Notes under the pieces: model-generated | What the model saw: only the letters and a program-made list of their open reading frames with translations | What the model was told of the DNA's origin: nothing | Databases searched by the model: none | Shown: in pieces, positions 40,141 to 50,121 of the stretch | How positions within the stretch are numbered: position 1 is the first letter of the stretch | Layout of the letters: every line of letters begins with the position of its first letter | Assembly: GCA_002718195.1 (NCBI GenBank) | Contig: PBDU01000018.1 | Coordinates: 16,108 to 80,107, forward strand | Source of the DNA: Methanobacteriota archaeon | GTDB lineage: Archaea > Thermoplasmatota > Poseidoniia > Poseidoniales > Poseidoniaceae | Direction: 5' to 3' | Length of the DNA: 64,000 nt | Position numbers and translations under genes: made by a program

Positions 40141-41607
40141 ATGGGAGTTCTCTCCAAGGCTGACTTCTCTGTTTTCAAGCAGGCTGACACCTACAAGGCT
40201 CTTGGAATCTCTATTGCGTTATTTCTTGTAATCGCATATGGATCACTTACCCTGTACGGGAATTTAGGTACATTATTCGGGGCTGACGGTGAGCCAGAGG
40301 AAATTCCAGACTTCGTGTTCCAATCTTTGAACAGAACTGATGTTGAGCAACAAGGATATGTTAACGAAACAGGCTGGTTCAACACAAGTCAATTCCGCGG
40401 AGAGGTTCTTGTAATCGATTTTATGGCTGCAGATTGTTCAAACTGCCATGTAGTCCAAGAAAGACTTGAGACTAATATGGCCAATTGGATGTCTGAAGCG
40501 GAGGCTAATGGAACCAAACTAAACATAATTGCCTATGGTGCTTGGTATACTGAAAGCCTTTCGAAATTAAACTCAAGCAATATTGAATACACCGTACCAA
40601 CATACCCCACAGGTTTGGGAACTACTGATTCGGCTGTGTATGAAAATGGAACAACAACAGATCCAGTCAGACTTTTCACTCCAAAAGGTGCTGGAGCAAT
40701 CCCTGTTGTTATCATAATTGATCAAGAAGGATATATGATCTACCAACAAACAACAGGAGTCCCATCTGATGGCTGGAAAGGGTTCGATAAAGCATTAAGA
40801 GAAGCATGGAATGATGATGGTGACACTACCGACATGAGACTAGCATGGGAAGAGCCTGATACTTCACTCGGTGCGATATGGATATTGGGAATGATCCTCT
40901 CAATCATGGTCTATTTCTCACCCTGTGCATTCCCAGTTCTTCCTGGTTTCATCTCCTATTATTTGTCCTTAGGTGCAAGAGAAGATGAGTTAATCGAAGA
41001 GGGTAAATTGAAATCAAGAATGCCTAGATCCTGGGTTTTCGGTCTGCTTGCTGGGTTAGGCATGTGGACCTTTTTCATCATTATTGGAGTTGTTGCAGCA
41101 CTGATGGGACAAGCCTTTGTTGATTCGGGAATTATACACTATATTGCGATAGGGATTGCGGTTTTACTGGTCATATTAGGTAGCATGATGTTGATTGGAA
41201 TCACTTCAGAATTGATGGGCTTTGTTCAGAAATACATAGATAAGTGGTCAACTACTGAGATGGATGAAACCTTTACTCCAAGAAGAAATATCTACCTGTA
41301 TGGAATTGGTTATGCTGCTGCATCTATCGATTGTACTGCAGCAGCTGTACTTCCATTCATCGTATTCTTGGTTACATTAGGTCAGCAATCCGTAATTGTC
41401 GGATTAGGTGGATTGATGGTTGGGCTCTTACTATTGATGATTGTAGTTACCGTACTCGTTGGGCTTGGTAGGCAATCGATGATCAGTTTTTTGCGCAGAG
41501 CAACTGGAATGATCAAGATGGTTGGTTCTTGGATGATGATTATGGCAGGAATTGCCTTAACAATTTTCTTAACTAATGCTGAACTTGTAAATTCGATATT
41601 TGGCTAA
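40141..41607 (+). CDS. Thioredoxin-like (CxxC) domain fused to a CcdA/DsbD-type transmembrane domain
   Basis: VIDFMAADCSNC; SPCAFPVLPG and ASIDCT in the TM region. Confidence 0.8.
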   Translation: MGVLSKADFSVFKQADTYKALGISIALFLVIAYGSLTLYGNLGTLFGADGEPEEIPDFVFQSLNRTDVEQQGYVNETGWFNTSQFRGEVLVIDFMAADCSNCHVVQERLETNMANWMSEAEANGTKLNIIAYGAWYTESLSKLNSSNIEYTVPTYPTGLGTTDSAVYENGTTTDPVRLFTPKGAGAIPVVIIIDQEGYMIYQQTTGVPSDGWKGFDKALREAWNDDGDTTDMRLAWEEPDTSLGAIWILGMILSIMVYFSPCAFPVLPGFISYYLSLGAREDELIEEGKLKSRMPRSWVFGLLAGLGMWTFFIIIGVVAALMGQAFVDSGIIHYIAIGIAVLLVILGSMMLIGITSELMGFVQKYIDKWSTTEMDETFTPRRNIYLYGIGYAAASIDCTAAAVLPFIVFLVTLGQQSVIVGLGGLMVGLLLLMIVVTVLVGLGRQSMISFLRRATGMIKMVGSWMMIMAGIALTIFLTNAELVNSIFG

Positions 41608-42305
41608 ATTGTCTCACTTGAGAAAAGTGCTTTCTTTGCTATCAATATCCATGGCACATAAGCAATAGCAAGACCTGCAATGAAATCCAACAGGTAATGT
41701 TGTTTTGTAAATAAAGTGGATAATGCAAGACCAACGTAAAGCATGAAAACATAAATTCTTGCTTTTTTGTGGTCAGGGAAATTTTTCAAAAAGAAAATTG
41801 TAATGAATGTTGAGTGCAATATATGCAAGCTCGGCCAACCATTCCAAGCTGTGTCAACTCCGTGAAGTAAATTCATTGACACTTCTGCAGCTCTATTTTG
41901 CGTAATTATCTGGTCTCTTAAGTCGACTTCTACAGGTATGATCAAGAAAATAAGGAATGCCAGCATCGTCGGCAATATAGTAATCTGCGTGAACCTTATT
42001 GATCTGGATAGTTGCTCATCAGTTTGTTCTACAAAGAATGGAAATAAGAAGAAAAAGTAGTATGTAACATAAGGGAAAATCATCCACCAGATGAAGGGAA
42101 TATGGGAATCAAGACTAATTTCTGGGAAGAAATATTGGTAGTCTCTTGAAGCATTGTATCTATTTATTGAAAAATAAAGAATTCCATAAAACACCCATGT
42201 AATCAAGAAAACTTTCAAGATTAGGGGTCTTCTATTTCCTTGCAAAAATTCTGTCTTTGCATCTTTCCAAAATTCCCACTCTGTGGTTAGTTTAGAAATC
42301 AGCAT
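41604..42305 (-). CDS. PAP2-superfamily membrane phosphatase/phosphotransferase
   Basis: NGWPSLH and STLFTKQHYLLD motifs; multi-TM. Confidence 0.85.
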   Translation of the reverse strand: MLISKLTTEWEFWKDAKTEFLQGNRRPLILKVFLITWVFYGILYFSINRYNASRDYQYFFPEISLDSHIPFIWWMIFPYVTYYFFFLFPFFVEQTDEQLSRSIRFTQITILPTMLAFLIFLIIPVEVDLRDQIITQNRAAEVSMNLLHGVDTAWNGWPSLHILHSTFITIFFLKNFPDHKKARIYVFMLYVGLALSTLFTKQHYLLDFIAGLAIAYVPWILIAKKALFSSETI

Positions 42306-42337
42306 GGCATAAACGGTAGGATACTAGTTTGAAAACA

Positions 42338-43558
42338 TCATCCTCTAAAATCATGACCGCAATATGGGCAAAGCAGCCAATCCATTTGTCTACTTTTACC
42401 ACATTTTTGACAATTCAAATCTAATGTTTCACTCTTCACGCTTTGAAGATGATTCATTCCTTTACCAATGGCTTTTTGAGCGCTCTGTTGCTCAAGTAAT
42501 GTATTCATCACAGATGGGTCAAGTGCGTCATTTTGGGCAGCTAATTGCATCATTTTCTCTTGGAAAATGTTCTGTTGCTCGATAATTTCTTTTTCATTAG
42601 AATGCTGATTATTAATTCGTAGCCTTTTAGCTTCCTGGACACTTTCAAATAATTTCATTGCATTTTCAGTTTTATTTTTATTTATTGATTTTAAAATTTC
42701 AGACTTCTCTCGTAATTTATTTAGCTCAGACTGCCAATGTGCCTCTTTTACCCTCAAATCTTTGAGTTCCTTTTCAAGGTCAACATCAACTTCTCCTCTT
42801 GCTTTCGCTTTGGCTATGTTTACTTCGCACTCAATTCTTCTAAGCATACTTTGCTCTCGGATTTCAATCCTTTCTGCAAGTGCTTTTGCATTTTCACCTT
42901 CGATTTGGGTGGCGTTTCTCATCTCCGCTCTCAACTGCAATATTCTTTCATAATCGGTTTTACCAATTATTGCAAATGCCGATAGTAATTTCATTCCAAT
43001 TACTGAAAGAATGGGTCTTAATTCTGTTTCAGCGATTGATTCTATTATTGATTGGAAAGAATTTTGCCTTAATTCATCATTATGTTCTATGTTTGAAAAA
43101 ACAGGTTCGATTAGTCTTGAATTAACTTCAGTTTGAAGAATTTTTACAACACCGTCCCTTGTTAAAACCGATGATTGATTTGAGAAAATATTCAATAATT
43201 TTGGAATATTGTCTTCTGATATTTGTAATCTCAAATTTAGATGACCTTTAATTGCTGAACCATCCTTGATTTGTGAGTTGAATGGGATCCAAATATCCAT
43301 CGGTCCTGTCATAGCGAATATGATTCTTCTATCATCAGCAGTCAATTTTAGGATGTCTCCAAGAAATCGAGAAAAACCTCCTCCAATATCTCTGACTGTT
43401 TTTCCAGTAATTGCATTACCAATTTTCCCCTCGACTAGAAATACTGCTGCTTCATTTGGTTTGAGCGTCACTTGCCGAGAAAAGTATGTTTGAATTTTGT
43501 CTAAATTTACTAGCCTTGCTACTACGTCTGGGGATTCTCTCCAATGGTATTTACTCAT
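42338..43558 (-). CDS. SPFH/Band-7-like protein with coiled coil and C-terminal zinc ribbon
   Basis: VARL...VTLKPNEAAVFLVEGK N-terminus, long heptad-rich region, CQKCG...CPYCG. Confidence 0.6.
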   Translation of the reverse strand: MSKYHWRESPDVVARLVNLDKIQTYFSRQVTLKPNEAAVFLVEGKIGNAITGKTVRDIGGGFSRFLGDILKLTADDRRIIFAMTGPMDIWIPFNSQIKDGSAIKGHLNLRLQISEDNIPKLLNIFSNQSSVLTRDGVVKILQTEVNSRLIEPVFSNIEHNDELRQNSFQSIIESIAETELRPILSVIGMKLLSAFAIIGKTDYERILQLRAEMRNATQIEGENAKALAERIEIREQSMLRRIECEVNIAKAKARGEVDVDLEKELKDLRVKEAHWQSELNKLREKSEILKSINKNKTENAMKLFESVQEAKRLRINNQHSNEKEIIEQQNIFQEKMMQLAAQNDALDPSVMNTLLEQQSAQKAIGKGMNHLQSVKSETLDLNCQKCGKSRQMDWLLCPYCGHDFRG

Positions 43559-43562
43559 TATA

Positions 43563-44099
43563 TCACTTCTTTTTTCTTAGACTTGATAAAAATAAACCTC
43601 TTTCCGAGAAAAACCCTCTGCATGAAGTTATTTTTTGTTGACAAGCACCTATTTTCTTTATTGTTTCATTTTGATTCCCTGTACTCAAAGAAAGTTCAGC
43701 ATCATTTGAAATCCTTACTGCTTCAACAACCATCTGAATTACATCATGGTCATGTTTAATCAGTTTGTTCATGTCTCTTTGCGTCATCGACCTTACTCCT
43801 GAAATGAAGCCATGTGTTACTCCGACTCCTCCCTTGTCGACATCTTCAATCAATCTATCAATCTCTTGCATACACTGTTTTGCAGTTCCTGCATTTTCGA
43901 ATGACCCATTTTTTACGAATCTGTCATGTATGTTTTCAATATGGCTACGCGCTCGTTGTGCAGTTCTCGCAATCTCTCTTCTGATCAATAAATCAGATTC
44001 AGATTTTTTTTCCTTAGCATAGCCTTGATATCCGCTTATTAGAATCTGAAGGCCTCTGACATAATCTAGGATGTCACCAGGTCCTAACATGAGTATCAA
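43563..44099 (-). CDS. Hypothetical helical protein
   Basis: ISGYQGY..E...SDLLIR motif; 4 bp upstream of the SPFH-like gene. Confidence 0.7.
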   Translation of the reverse strand: MILMLGPGDILDYVRGLQILISGYQGYAKEKKSESDLLIRREIARTAQRARSHIENIHDRFVKNGSFENAGTAKQCMQEIDRLIEDVDKGGVGVTHGFISGVRSMTQRDMNKLIKHDHDVIQMVVEAVRISNDAELSLSTGNQNETIKKIGACQQKITSCRGFFSERGLFLSSLRKKK

Positions 44100-44156
44100 T
44101 TACAAGTTGGCATATGTTACCTTTTGTTTGTATCGTTAATTTGCTATTGGTTAAAT

Positions 44157-44780
44157 CTAAAGTTTATCAAAGCGAATAACTCGATCAGCAATCCTTGTAG
44201 CCTCGTTTTCATCGTGAGTTACATGTATTACTGGGATCTCCATCTCCTTGAGAAATTTCCTCGTCCAGTCACACAATTCGTTTCTGATCTCATTATCAAG
44301 GGCACTAAATGGTTCATCCATCATTAGAGCCTCAGGCTTAGACAACATCGCTCTAGCAAAAGAAATCCTCTGTTTTTCCCCTCCTGATAACTCATCGACT
44401 TTCCGCTTCTCAAATCCTTCTAATTGTACAGTTGCAAGAATTTCTTCTATCTGCTTCTTACCATCCGTTTTGGTTGTGCTTTTAGGAAGACCAAGTTGAA
44501 TATTTTTTTCAACAGATAGATGTGGATAGAGGACTGGCTTTTGGAATATCATCCCGATTTTCCTTTTTGATGGATGAATTTGCGTGATGTTTTTGTCGTG
44601 CAAGTATATTTGCCCGTCATCCAAATTTTCAAGGCCACAAACAATTCTCAACAGTGTGGATTTCCCGCAGCCCGAATTTCCAAGCAGGGCCACAATCTCA
44701 CCTTTTTCGACTTCCAAATCCAAATTTTCAAACAATATATCATCAAATAATTTGCTGGCATTCTCAATTTTTAGACTCAT
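44157..44780 (-). CDS. thiQ: ABC transporter ATP-binding subunit (thiamine, ThiQ-like)
   Basis: GNSGCGKST, LSGGEKQR, MDEPFSALD, VTHD. Confidence 0.8.
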   Translation of the reverse strand: MSLKIENASKLFDDILFENLDLEVEKGEIVALLGNSGCGKSTLLRIVCGLENLDDGQIYLHDKNITQIHPSKRKIGMIFQKPVLYPHLSVEKNIQLGLPKSTTKTDGKKQIEEILATVQLEGFEKRKVDELSGGEKQRISFARAMLSKPEALMMDEPFSALDNEIRNELCDWTRKFLKEMEIPVIHVTHDENEATRIADRVIRFDKL

Positions 44781-46534
44781 TAGAATCCTCCCCTTCCATT
44801 TTCATCTCTGAATTTTTCTGATATAATGAATAAAATCAATGTCATTAACATCAAGCATGTAGCAACAGCCATAGCAGAACTTCTGACTTCTGGAAAGTAG
44901 TTTGGTCTTGACATCAGTTGGTCGGTTAGAGTTGACAACGTGACCCAGTTACCTATCCCACTCAACATCCAGGATGCGCCAAATTCTCCTAATGAAAATG
45001 CCATGCTCAACGCTGCTGAAACAATAATTTGGGGCTTAAGCAATGGTATTTTGATCTTCCAGAATACCTCAGCATCCGTCATTCCTAGAACCCTAGCCTG
45101 GTCCGAGTATAACTGGTCGAGCGATCTGAAAGATGGCAGCATTATTCGAACAACAAATGGACATACCATCATGATATGAGCCCAAACTGGCAGAAATCTC
45201 CAGTTCAGTAATTCTGGAAATAGATTCAACAAACCGATCAGGATTCCTAAACCTACTGTGATTGCAGATACAATTAACGGCAGAAATGAGACAAAATCAA
45301 CTGTTCTAGCAAGTATTTGCTTTCCTGCATCCTCGAGTTGTTTTATGGTTGCTGCGATAGTTGTACCTACAACTAATGCAATAACCATACACACTATTGC
45401 GTAAGTAACTGAATTTGTCATTGCTTCAGGAATTCCAGCGTAGCTCAAATCTCCTCTCCATGCAATCCTCCAACCATCAAAACTCCATGTCTTAACTGTC
45501 TCAGAACCAGTTCTTTCGATTGATCTAAAGGAATTTGAAAGAACTGCGAGCAGCGGTGAAATAACATAGATGAATGAAATTGATAGTCCTATTTTTCTCA
45601 GAGGGGTGAGTTTCCCTCTCTGTTTTCTAGAATAGTTTTCATTCACTAATTCAATCCTGCTGTTGTGCTTAGATTGCAAAATTGTTGACAAAGACATTGC
45701 AATTCCAAGAACAAGGAATTGAATTATTGTTGCAGATAATACTAATTCAGAGGACCATACTCTATATCCTTCTATTCCTGCGGAAGATGAGTAAATTGAA
45801 ACTAAAGTTTCGATCGTGTTATTTTGTGGAGAAAGCCACTTTGGTAAAGCAAATGAGGTAAATGAAAATATGAAAGTAAGGGACCATGCAACAAATATTC
45901 CTGGACCATATAGTGGTAAGTAAAAATAACGAAGTTTGAATAGAGCAGAGTCACCTTTCGGTAGGATGTTGAATTGATCTTCCCAATCCTTGTCCAATCT
46001 AGCTATCATCGGCTCGATTAAACGAATAACAAGAGATATGTTGAACCAACTTAGAGCGAGTATCAGGGCAATAAAATTACCAAGATTTTCAGCCCCTACA
46101 ACCTCGCCTAATTTACCAATGAATCCACTTTGCGTATAGAGGTCTATCCCAAGTCTAGAAAGAATTGAATCAGAGTCGATTATTGCTAGAAATCCTACTG
46201 CCGCTACTATGGCTGGAGTTACAAATGGGAGTACAAAAAAGGCTCTAATTAGACTAACATGCTTAATCTCATATTTTGCTAAAGTACTTGCAACCCAAAA
46301 CCCAATCATGCACGTAAAGGAAGCAGTTGTAAAAGCCACAAGAAGAGTAAATGATAGCACACCATCTGTTTGGTTAGCATTCTTCCATAAACTCCAAGCA
46401 TCAAAAATTGTTGAATCCGTTACCCTTGTCAATCTTTCAAGTGCTAGAAAAACAGGGCCAAGTATTACAACCGCAAAGGCAAGGCACACAAGTGCCTGCA
46501 AAGTTTGGCGAATCATTTGTTCACCATCATGCAA
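44780..46534 (-). CDS. thiP: ABC transporter permease with duplicated domain (ThiP-like)
   Basis: LPFVTP, FSFTSF, FSLGEFGAS; about 12 TM. Confidence 0.8.
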   Translation of the reverse strand: MHDGEQMIRQTLQALVCLAFAVVILGPVFLALERLTRVTDSTIFDAWSLWKNANQTDGVLSFTLLVAFTTASFTCMIGFWVASTLAKYEIKHVSLIRAFFVLPFVTPAIVAAVGFLAIIDSDSILSRLGIDLYTQSGFIGKLGEVVGAENLGNFIALILALSWFNISLVIRLIEPMIARLDKDWEDQFNILPKGDSALFKLRYFYLPLYGPGIFVAWSLTFIFSFTSFALPKWLSPQNNTIETLVSIYSSSAGIEGYRVWSSELVLSATIIQFLVLGIAMSLSTILQSKHNSRIELVNENYSRKQRGKLTPLRKIGLSISFIYVISPLLAVLSNSFRSIERTGSETVKTWSFDGWRIAWRGDLSYAGIPEAMTNSVTYAIVCMVIALVVGTTIAATIKQLEDAGKQILARTVDFVSFLPLIVSAITVGLGILIGLLNLFPELLNWRFLPVWAHIMMVCPFVVRIMLPSFRSLDQLYSDQARVLGMTDAEVFWKIKIPLLKPQIIVSAALSMAFSLGEFGASWMLSGIGNWVTLSTLTDQLMSRPNYFPEVRSSAMAVATCLMLMTLILFIISEKFRDENGRGGF

Positions 46535-47648
46535 TTATCTGCGCATAAATTTCAACAAGTGCTTCAATATCGACTTGATCTAAATCAACATCTGCTGGCT
46601 GCTCAGGTACTGGTGAATGGTATCTGTAACCATTTTCTTCCGGTAAATCTGTATCACTTAGAACGCTGTACATGTAATTATTTGCAGGCATGTTTGTATT
46701 CACGTCTTCAGAAAGCAGGAAACCAATGAATTGATTTGCGTAATCAACGTTGGCTGCACCGTTGATGATTCCAGCGTATTCAATTTGATGAAGAGATGCT
46801 TTTGGAAGGTCTAGTGCTACCGATGTTGTATAATTCTCACCAAAGAATGCTTCAACACCCGGGGAATGACAATACGATACTGTTGCATGAGCATCTCCAA
46901 TAAATCCGTCATACCATTGCCCATAGCCTGCGCTATAATGTACTTCGTATGCCTCAGTCCACCCCGATGTGATAATGGCATCATTAGCGATCATCTGAGC
47001 CCACCAATCCCATTCTGTTTCATTTTCGAAATAATCAGTTGTTGCAAGCATAAACGCTCTTCCCGGAGAGGATGATACCGCTGAAGGGAAGGCTACTTTT
47101 CCTTTCCAAGCCTCTTCAGTAAAGTCCCACAATGATGTTGGCACTGTTACATTTTCGCCATCAACGTAGGTTGAATCATAATTTATGCAAATGTGACCGT
47201 GGTCAAATGGGACTAATTCGTTTGTTTCTCCAAATACATTGTCGCCAAGATCTTCTGTGATATTTTGCCTACTGACTGTATTTTCCTGTAGCAAACAATT
47301 ATCCATTGCAACCCCGGAATATGTATTGTCCAATCCAATCATCAAATCTGCCTGAGGGGCATTCTTTGTTAGCATCATTTGGTCCAATATGCCACCAGCA
47401 TCTTCTGTTCTTATGAATTCGACTTCAATGCCAGTTTGATTTGTAAATTCTTGGACCACTTCTTCGCTCAGAGCATAGATGTCATAGGTAATTATTCTCA
47501 ACGTACCGTTAGATTCTCTTATCACCGGTAAATCACCAGCGCATAAATCTAAATCGGTATCAAGTAAGTTCTCTAATTCAGCCTGTTCTATGCATCCAGC
47601 GGTAGAAACACAAATCATCATCAATGCTATTAAAAATTGTTTTTTCAT
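46527..47648 (-). CDS. thiB: Thiamine ABC transporter substrate-binding lipoprotein
   Basis: Lipobox-like TAGC, DAG, ADLMIGLDN, SSPGRAF, GWTEAY, VSYCHSP, QIEYAG. Confidence 0.87.
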   Translation of the reverse strand: MKKQFLIALMMICVSTAGCIEQAELENLLDTDLDLCAGDLPVIRESNGTLRIITYDIYALSEEVVQEFTNQTGIEVEFIRTEDAGGILDQMMLTKNAPQADLMIGLDNTYSGVAMDNCLLQENTVSRQNITEDLGDNVFGETNELVPFDHGHICINYDSTYVDGENVTVPTSLWDFTEEAWKGKVAFPSAVSSSPGRAFMLATTDYFENETEWDWWAQMIANDAIITSGWTEAYEVHYSAGYGQWYDGFIGDAHATVSYCHSPGVEAFFGENYTTSVALDLPKASLHQIEYAGIINGAANVDYANQFIGFLLSEDVNTNMPANNYMYSVLSDTDLPEENGYRYHSPVPEQPADVDLDQVDIEALVEIYAQIIA

Positions 47649-47657
47649 TTATTCACC

Positions 47658-48512
47658 TCAATATATTTTATCAATTAATCTGTGAGTTTTATCTATCAAG
47701 TCAAGCGGATTTTCGCTTAGTATGTACAATGATGGCGCCCAGCCAAATGACCCCTCATCTAATATGACGTCAAGTGATTTTGCTGAATGCTTTAATTCTC
47801 CTTTCGGGGCATAACCTATGTTCCAAGACATGTCTTCACATGCTTTAGTAATTACCTCAACATCGACTTCTTCTCCTCTAAGCGGTGGGCTGACATTGAT
47901 GATTGCGTACTTGTCACCATGGATATCTCTGTAATCCAATAACATATTTGCAAGGGTATTGCTTGAGCCAAAAGTAGGCTTTTCATGGTGCCTTAGTTTT
48001 CCAGAGACCACTGATAGTTTTCCTGGGAAAGCTGCAACGTCCTCTATCTCCATCGCTCCAGGTGCGCAGCAGGCAATATTCATTCCCACTGCGGGCATAG
48101 CAATTTCTAATTTCTCAGCATCTATTCTTGTTGCTGCCCATTCTAGCCTCTTAAGCAGAGCAGAGTTTGTTTGGTCTTCTCCTAGATCTTTGCCTGTTAG
48201 TGTCTTATCGAATAAGATTGGTTGTTGGTCTTCGAATTGGAATTCTATAACAATACGTTGTTTGATTAAGTCTATACCTGGCCCCATGCGGTCTAATTTT
48301 TCGGAAATATCTCTAGCTAAATCATCGATAAGTATCTCATCTGCGCTCCCGTGAAGTTTAGGTGCCTCACGATGGTATTGTCTTGAGATAGTTGATTGAG
48401 TGGTTCCTAGAACCTCAGCAATCTCTGATTGTGACCATTCCATAGCCCTCAAATCTTTAGCAATTTGAAATTGTAGCCTTTCTACCCAATTTAACCCATC
48501 TGAGCCCAGCAT
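47658..48512 (-). CDS. thiR: ThiR-like transcriptional regulator (HTH plus ThiN-like thiamine-phosphate sensing domain)
   Basis: HTH WSQSEIAEVLGTTQSTISR; PAVGMNIA, VAAFPGK, FGSS, DEGSFG; first gene of the thiBPQ operon. Confidence 0.8.
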   Translation of the reverse strand: MLGSDGLNWVERLQFQIAKDLRAMEWSQSEIAEVLGTTQSTISRQYHREAPKLHGSADEILIDDLARDISEKLDRMGPGIDLIKQRIVIEFQFEDQQPILFDKTLTGKDLGEDQTNSALLKRLEWAATRIDAEKLEIAMPAVGMNIACCAPGAMEIEDVAAFPGKLSVVSGKLRHHEKPTFGSSNTLANMLLDYRDIHGDKYAIINVSPPLRGEEVDVEVITKACEDMSWNIGYAPKGELKHSAKSLDVILDEGSFGWAPSLYILSENPLDLIDKTHRLIDKIY

Positions 48513-48654
48513 AATGTATCCTAAGGGATTTACTTATTCAATATTACTCAAGCAATATGCATTATGCATTGAAATCTAGTTACAGATTGTTGTAAGGACG
48601 AAAAACCATCTAATTCAAAGGCTTGATTGCACCCATTAGTAATGAGGGGAGATA

Positions 48655-50061
48655 ATGGAGAGTCATGAGTTTTTGGACTCTGCTTTTGCCATGATTAAGG
48701 ATTATGTCCTTGATAACCAGGGCAAGGTAAACCAGCATATTGAACCCTCGTCACGTTCTAAAACAACTGATACTCTTCTTCCGCTTGAAGGATTTTCTCA
48801 AGAGATGTTACTCGAAGATGTGTCATCTTACCTTCAAAATACTGTAAAAACACACAAAGGAGGTTTCATGAATCCCTTGTGGGGTGGTTTCAACGCAGCA
48901 TCTTTTGCTGGAGAAGTTATTGCAGCGGCAACAAATACCTCGATGTACACTTATGAATTAGCTCCAGTTGCTACGATGATCGAGAAAGCAATTTTGAAGA
49001 GGATGAGAGAATATGTTGGCTTTGAATCTGGGTTTGGTACTTTCACAACCGGGGGTTCGAATGGTAATATGTTAGGCGTTTTGTGCGGCAGACAAAGCGC
49101 ATTCCCAAATTCAACATATTCTGGTATTGATGGCACAAAACTTGCCATATTTGTCTCTCAGGAGTCTCATTATTCAGTTCTCATGTCTGCTAATGTAATT
49201 GGCATAGGACATGGTAATGTCATCAAAGTAAAGTGTGATGAGGATGGTATAATGATACCCGAATCCTTGGACATAGAGATAAAATCAGCAATATCCAATG
49301 GACTTACTCCTGTATGCGTTATTGCAACAGCGGGCACTACCGTACGTGGTGCTTTTGACCCGCTAAAAGAAATCGGGGAGATCTGTGAAAAATTTGGAGT
49401 TTGGTATCACGTTGATGCCGCATGGGGAGGTGCTTGCCTCTTTAGTGCGAAGCACCGTTTCCTGATGGATGGAGTTGAGTATGCCGATTCAGTTTGTTGG
49501 GATGCTCATAAAATGATGGGTGTGCCCTTGATATGCTCAGCGTTCATTATCAAACACCCTGATATCTTGAGAGCGGTATCATCTCACGGAGATAGTGCTC
49601 ACTACCTATTCCATGACGATGCTGAAGAGATTGATCTTGGTAGGTTCTCTCTACAATGTGGTAGGAGAAATGACGCGCTAAAGTTGTGGTTCGCTTGGAG
49701 GATGATGGGTGATTCTGGTTGGTCTTCCTTGGTTGAAAATTACATGGATTTAGCTAGCCACTTGGAAGGTCTGATTGAGCAAAGTGATGAACTTGAGATG
49801 ATGTCTTCAAGACAATGGACTAATGTTTGCTTTAGGTATAACGACAAATCAATCGAAAATCTAAATCAATTCAATTCCGAACTTCGTACTAGATTGATTG
49901 AAAATGGAAATTTCATGATTTCTAAGTCCAACATCGGTAATGATGTAATATTGAGACCAGTCATTGCTAACCCAGCAGTTGAAAAAAGTACCCTGGAAGG
50001 TTTGGTTGAGGAAATCCTGCAAATTGCTCATGAGATGAAATCAGGAATTCCACACTCATGA
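48655..50061 (+). CDS. Group II PLP-dependent amino acid decarboxylase (GAD/CSAD-like)
   Basis: NTSMYTYELAP, GGSNGN, ESHYS, TAGTTVRGAFDP, HVDAAWGG, DAHKMMG, QCGRRNDALKLW. Confidence 0.88.
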   Translation: MESHEFLDSAFAMIKDYVLDNQGKVNQHIEPSSRSKTTDTLLPLEGFSQEMLLEDVSSYLQNTVKTHKGGFMNPLWGGFNAASFAGEVIAAATNTSMYTYELAPVATMIEKAILKRMREYVGFESGFGTFTTGGSNGNMLGVLCGRQSAFPNSTYSGIDGTKLAIFVSQESHYSVLMSANVIGIGHGNVIKVKCDEDGIMIPESLDIEIKSAISNGLTPVCVIATAGTTVRGAFDPLKEIGEICEKFGVWYHVDAAWGGACLFSAKHRFLMDGVEYADSVCWDAHKMMGVPLICSAFIIKHPDILRAVSSHGDSAHYLFHDDAEEIDLGRFSLQCGRRNDALKLWFAWRMMGDSGWSSLVENYMDLASHLEGLIEQSDELEMMSSRQWTNVCFRYNDKSIENLNQFNSELRTRLIENGNFMISKSNIGNDVILRPVIANPAVEKSTLEGLVEEILQIAHEMKSGIPHS

Positions 50062-50121
50062 AGGACTTTGTCTAAGATAGTAGAGAGTCAACTTCTAATC
50101 ATATTCTAATTTGGGGAAATC

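Noticed and set aside
48513-48654. TPP riboswitch upstream of the thiamine transporter
   Set aside because: No recognisable TPP aptamer core on the minus strand; a protein regulator (ThiR-like) is present instead
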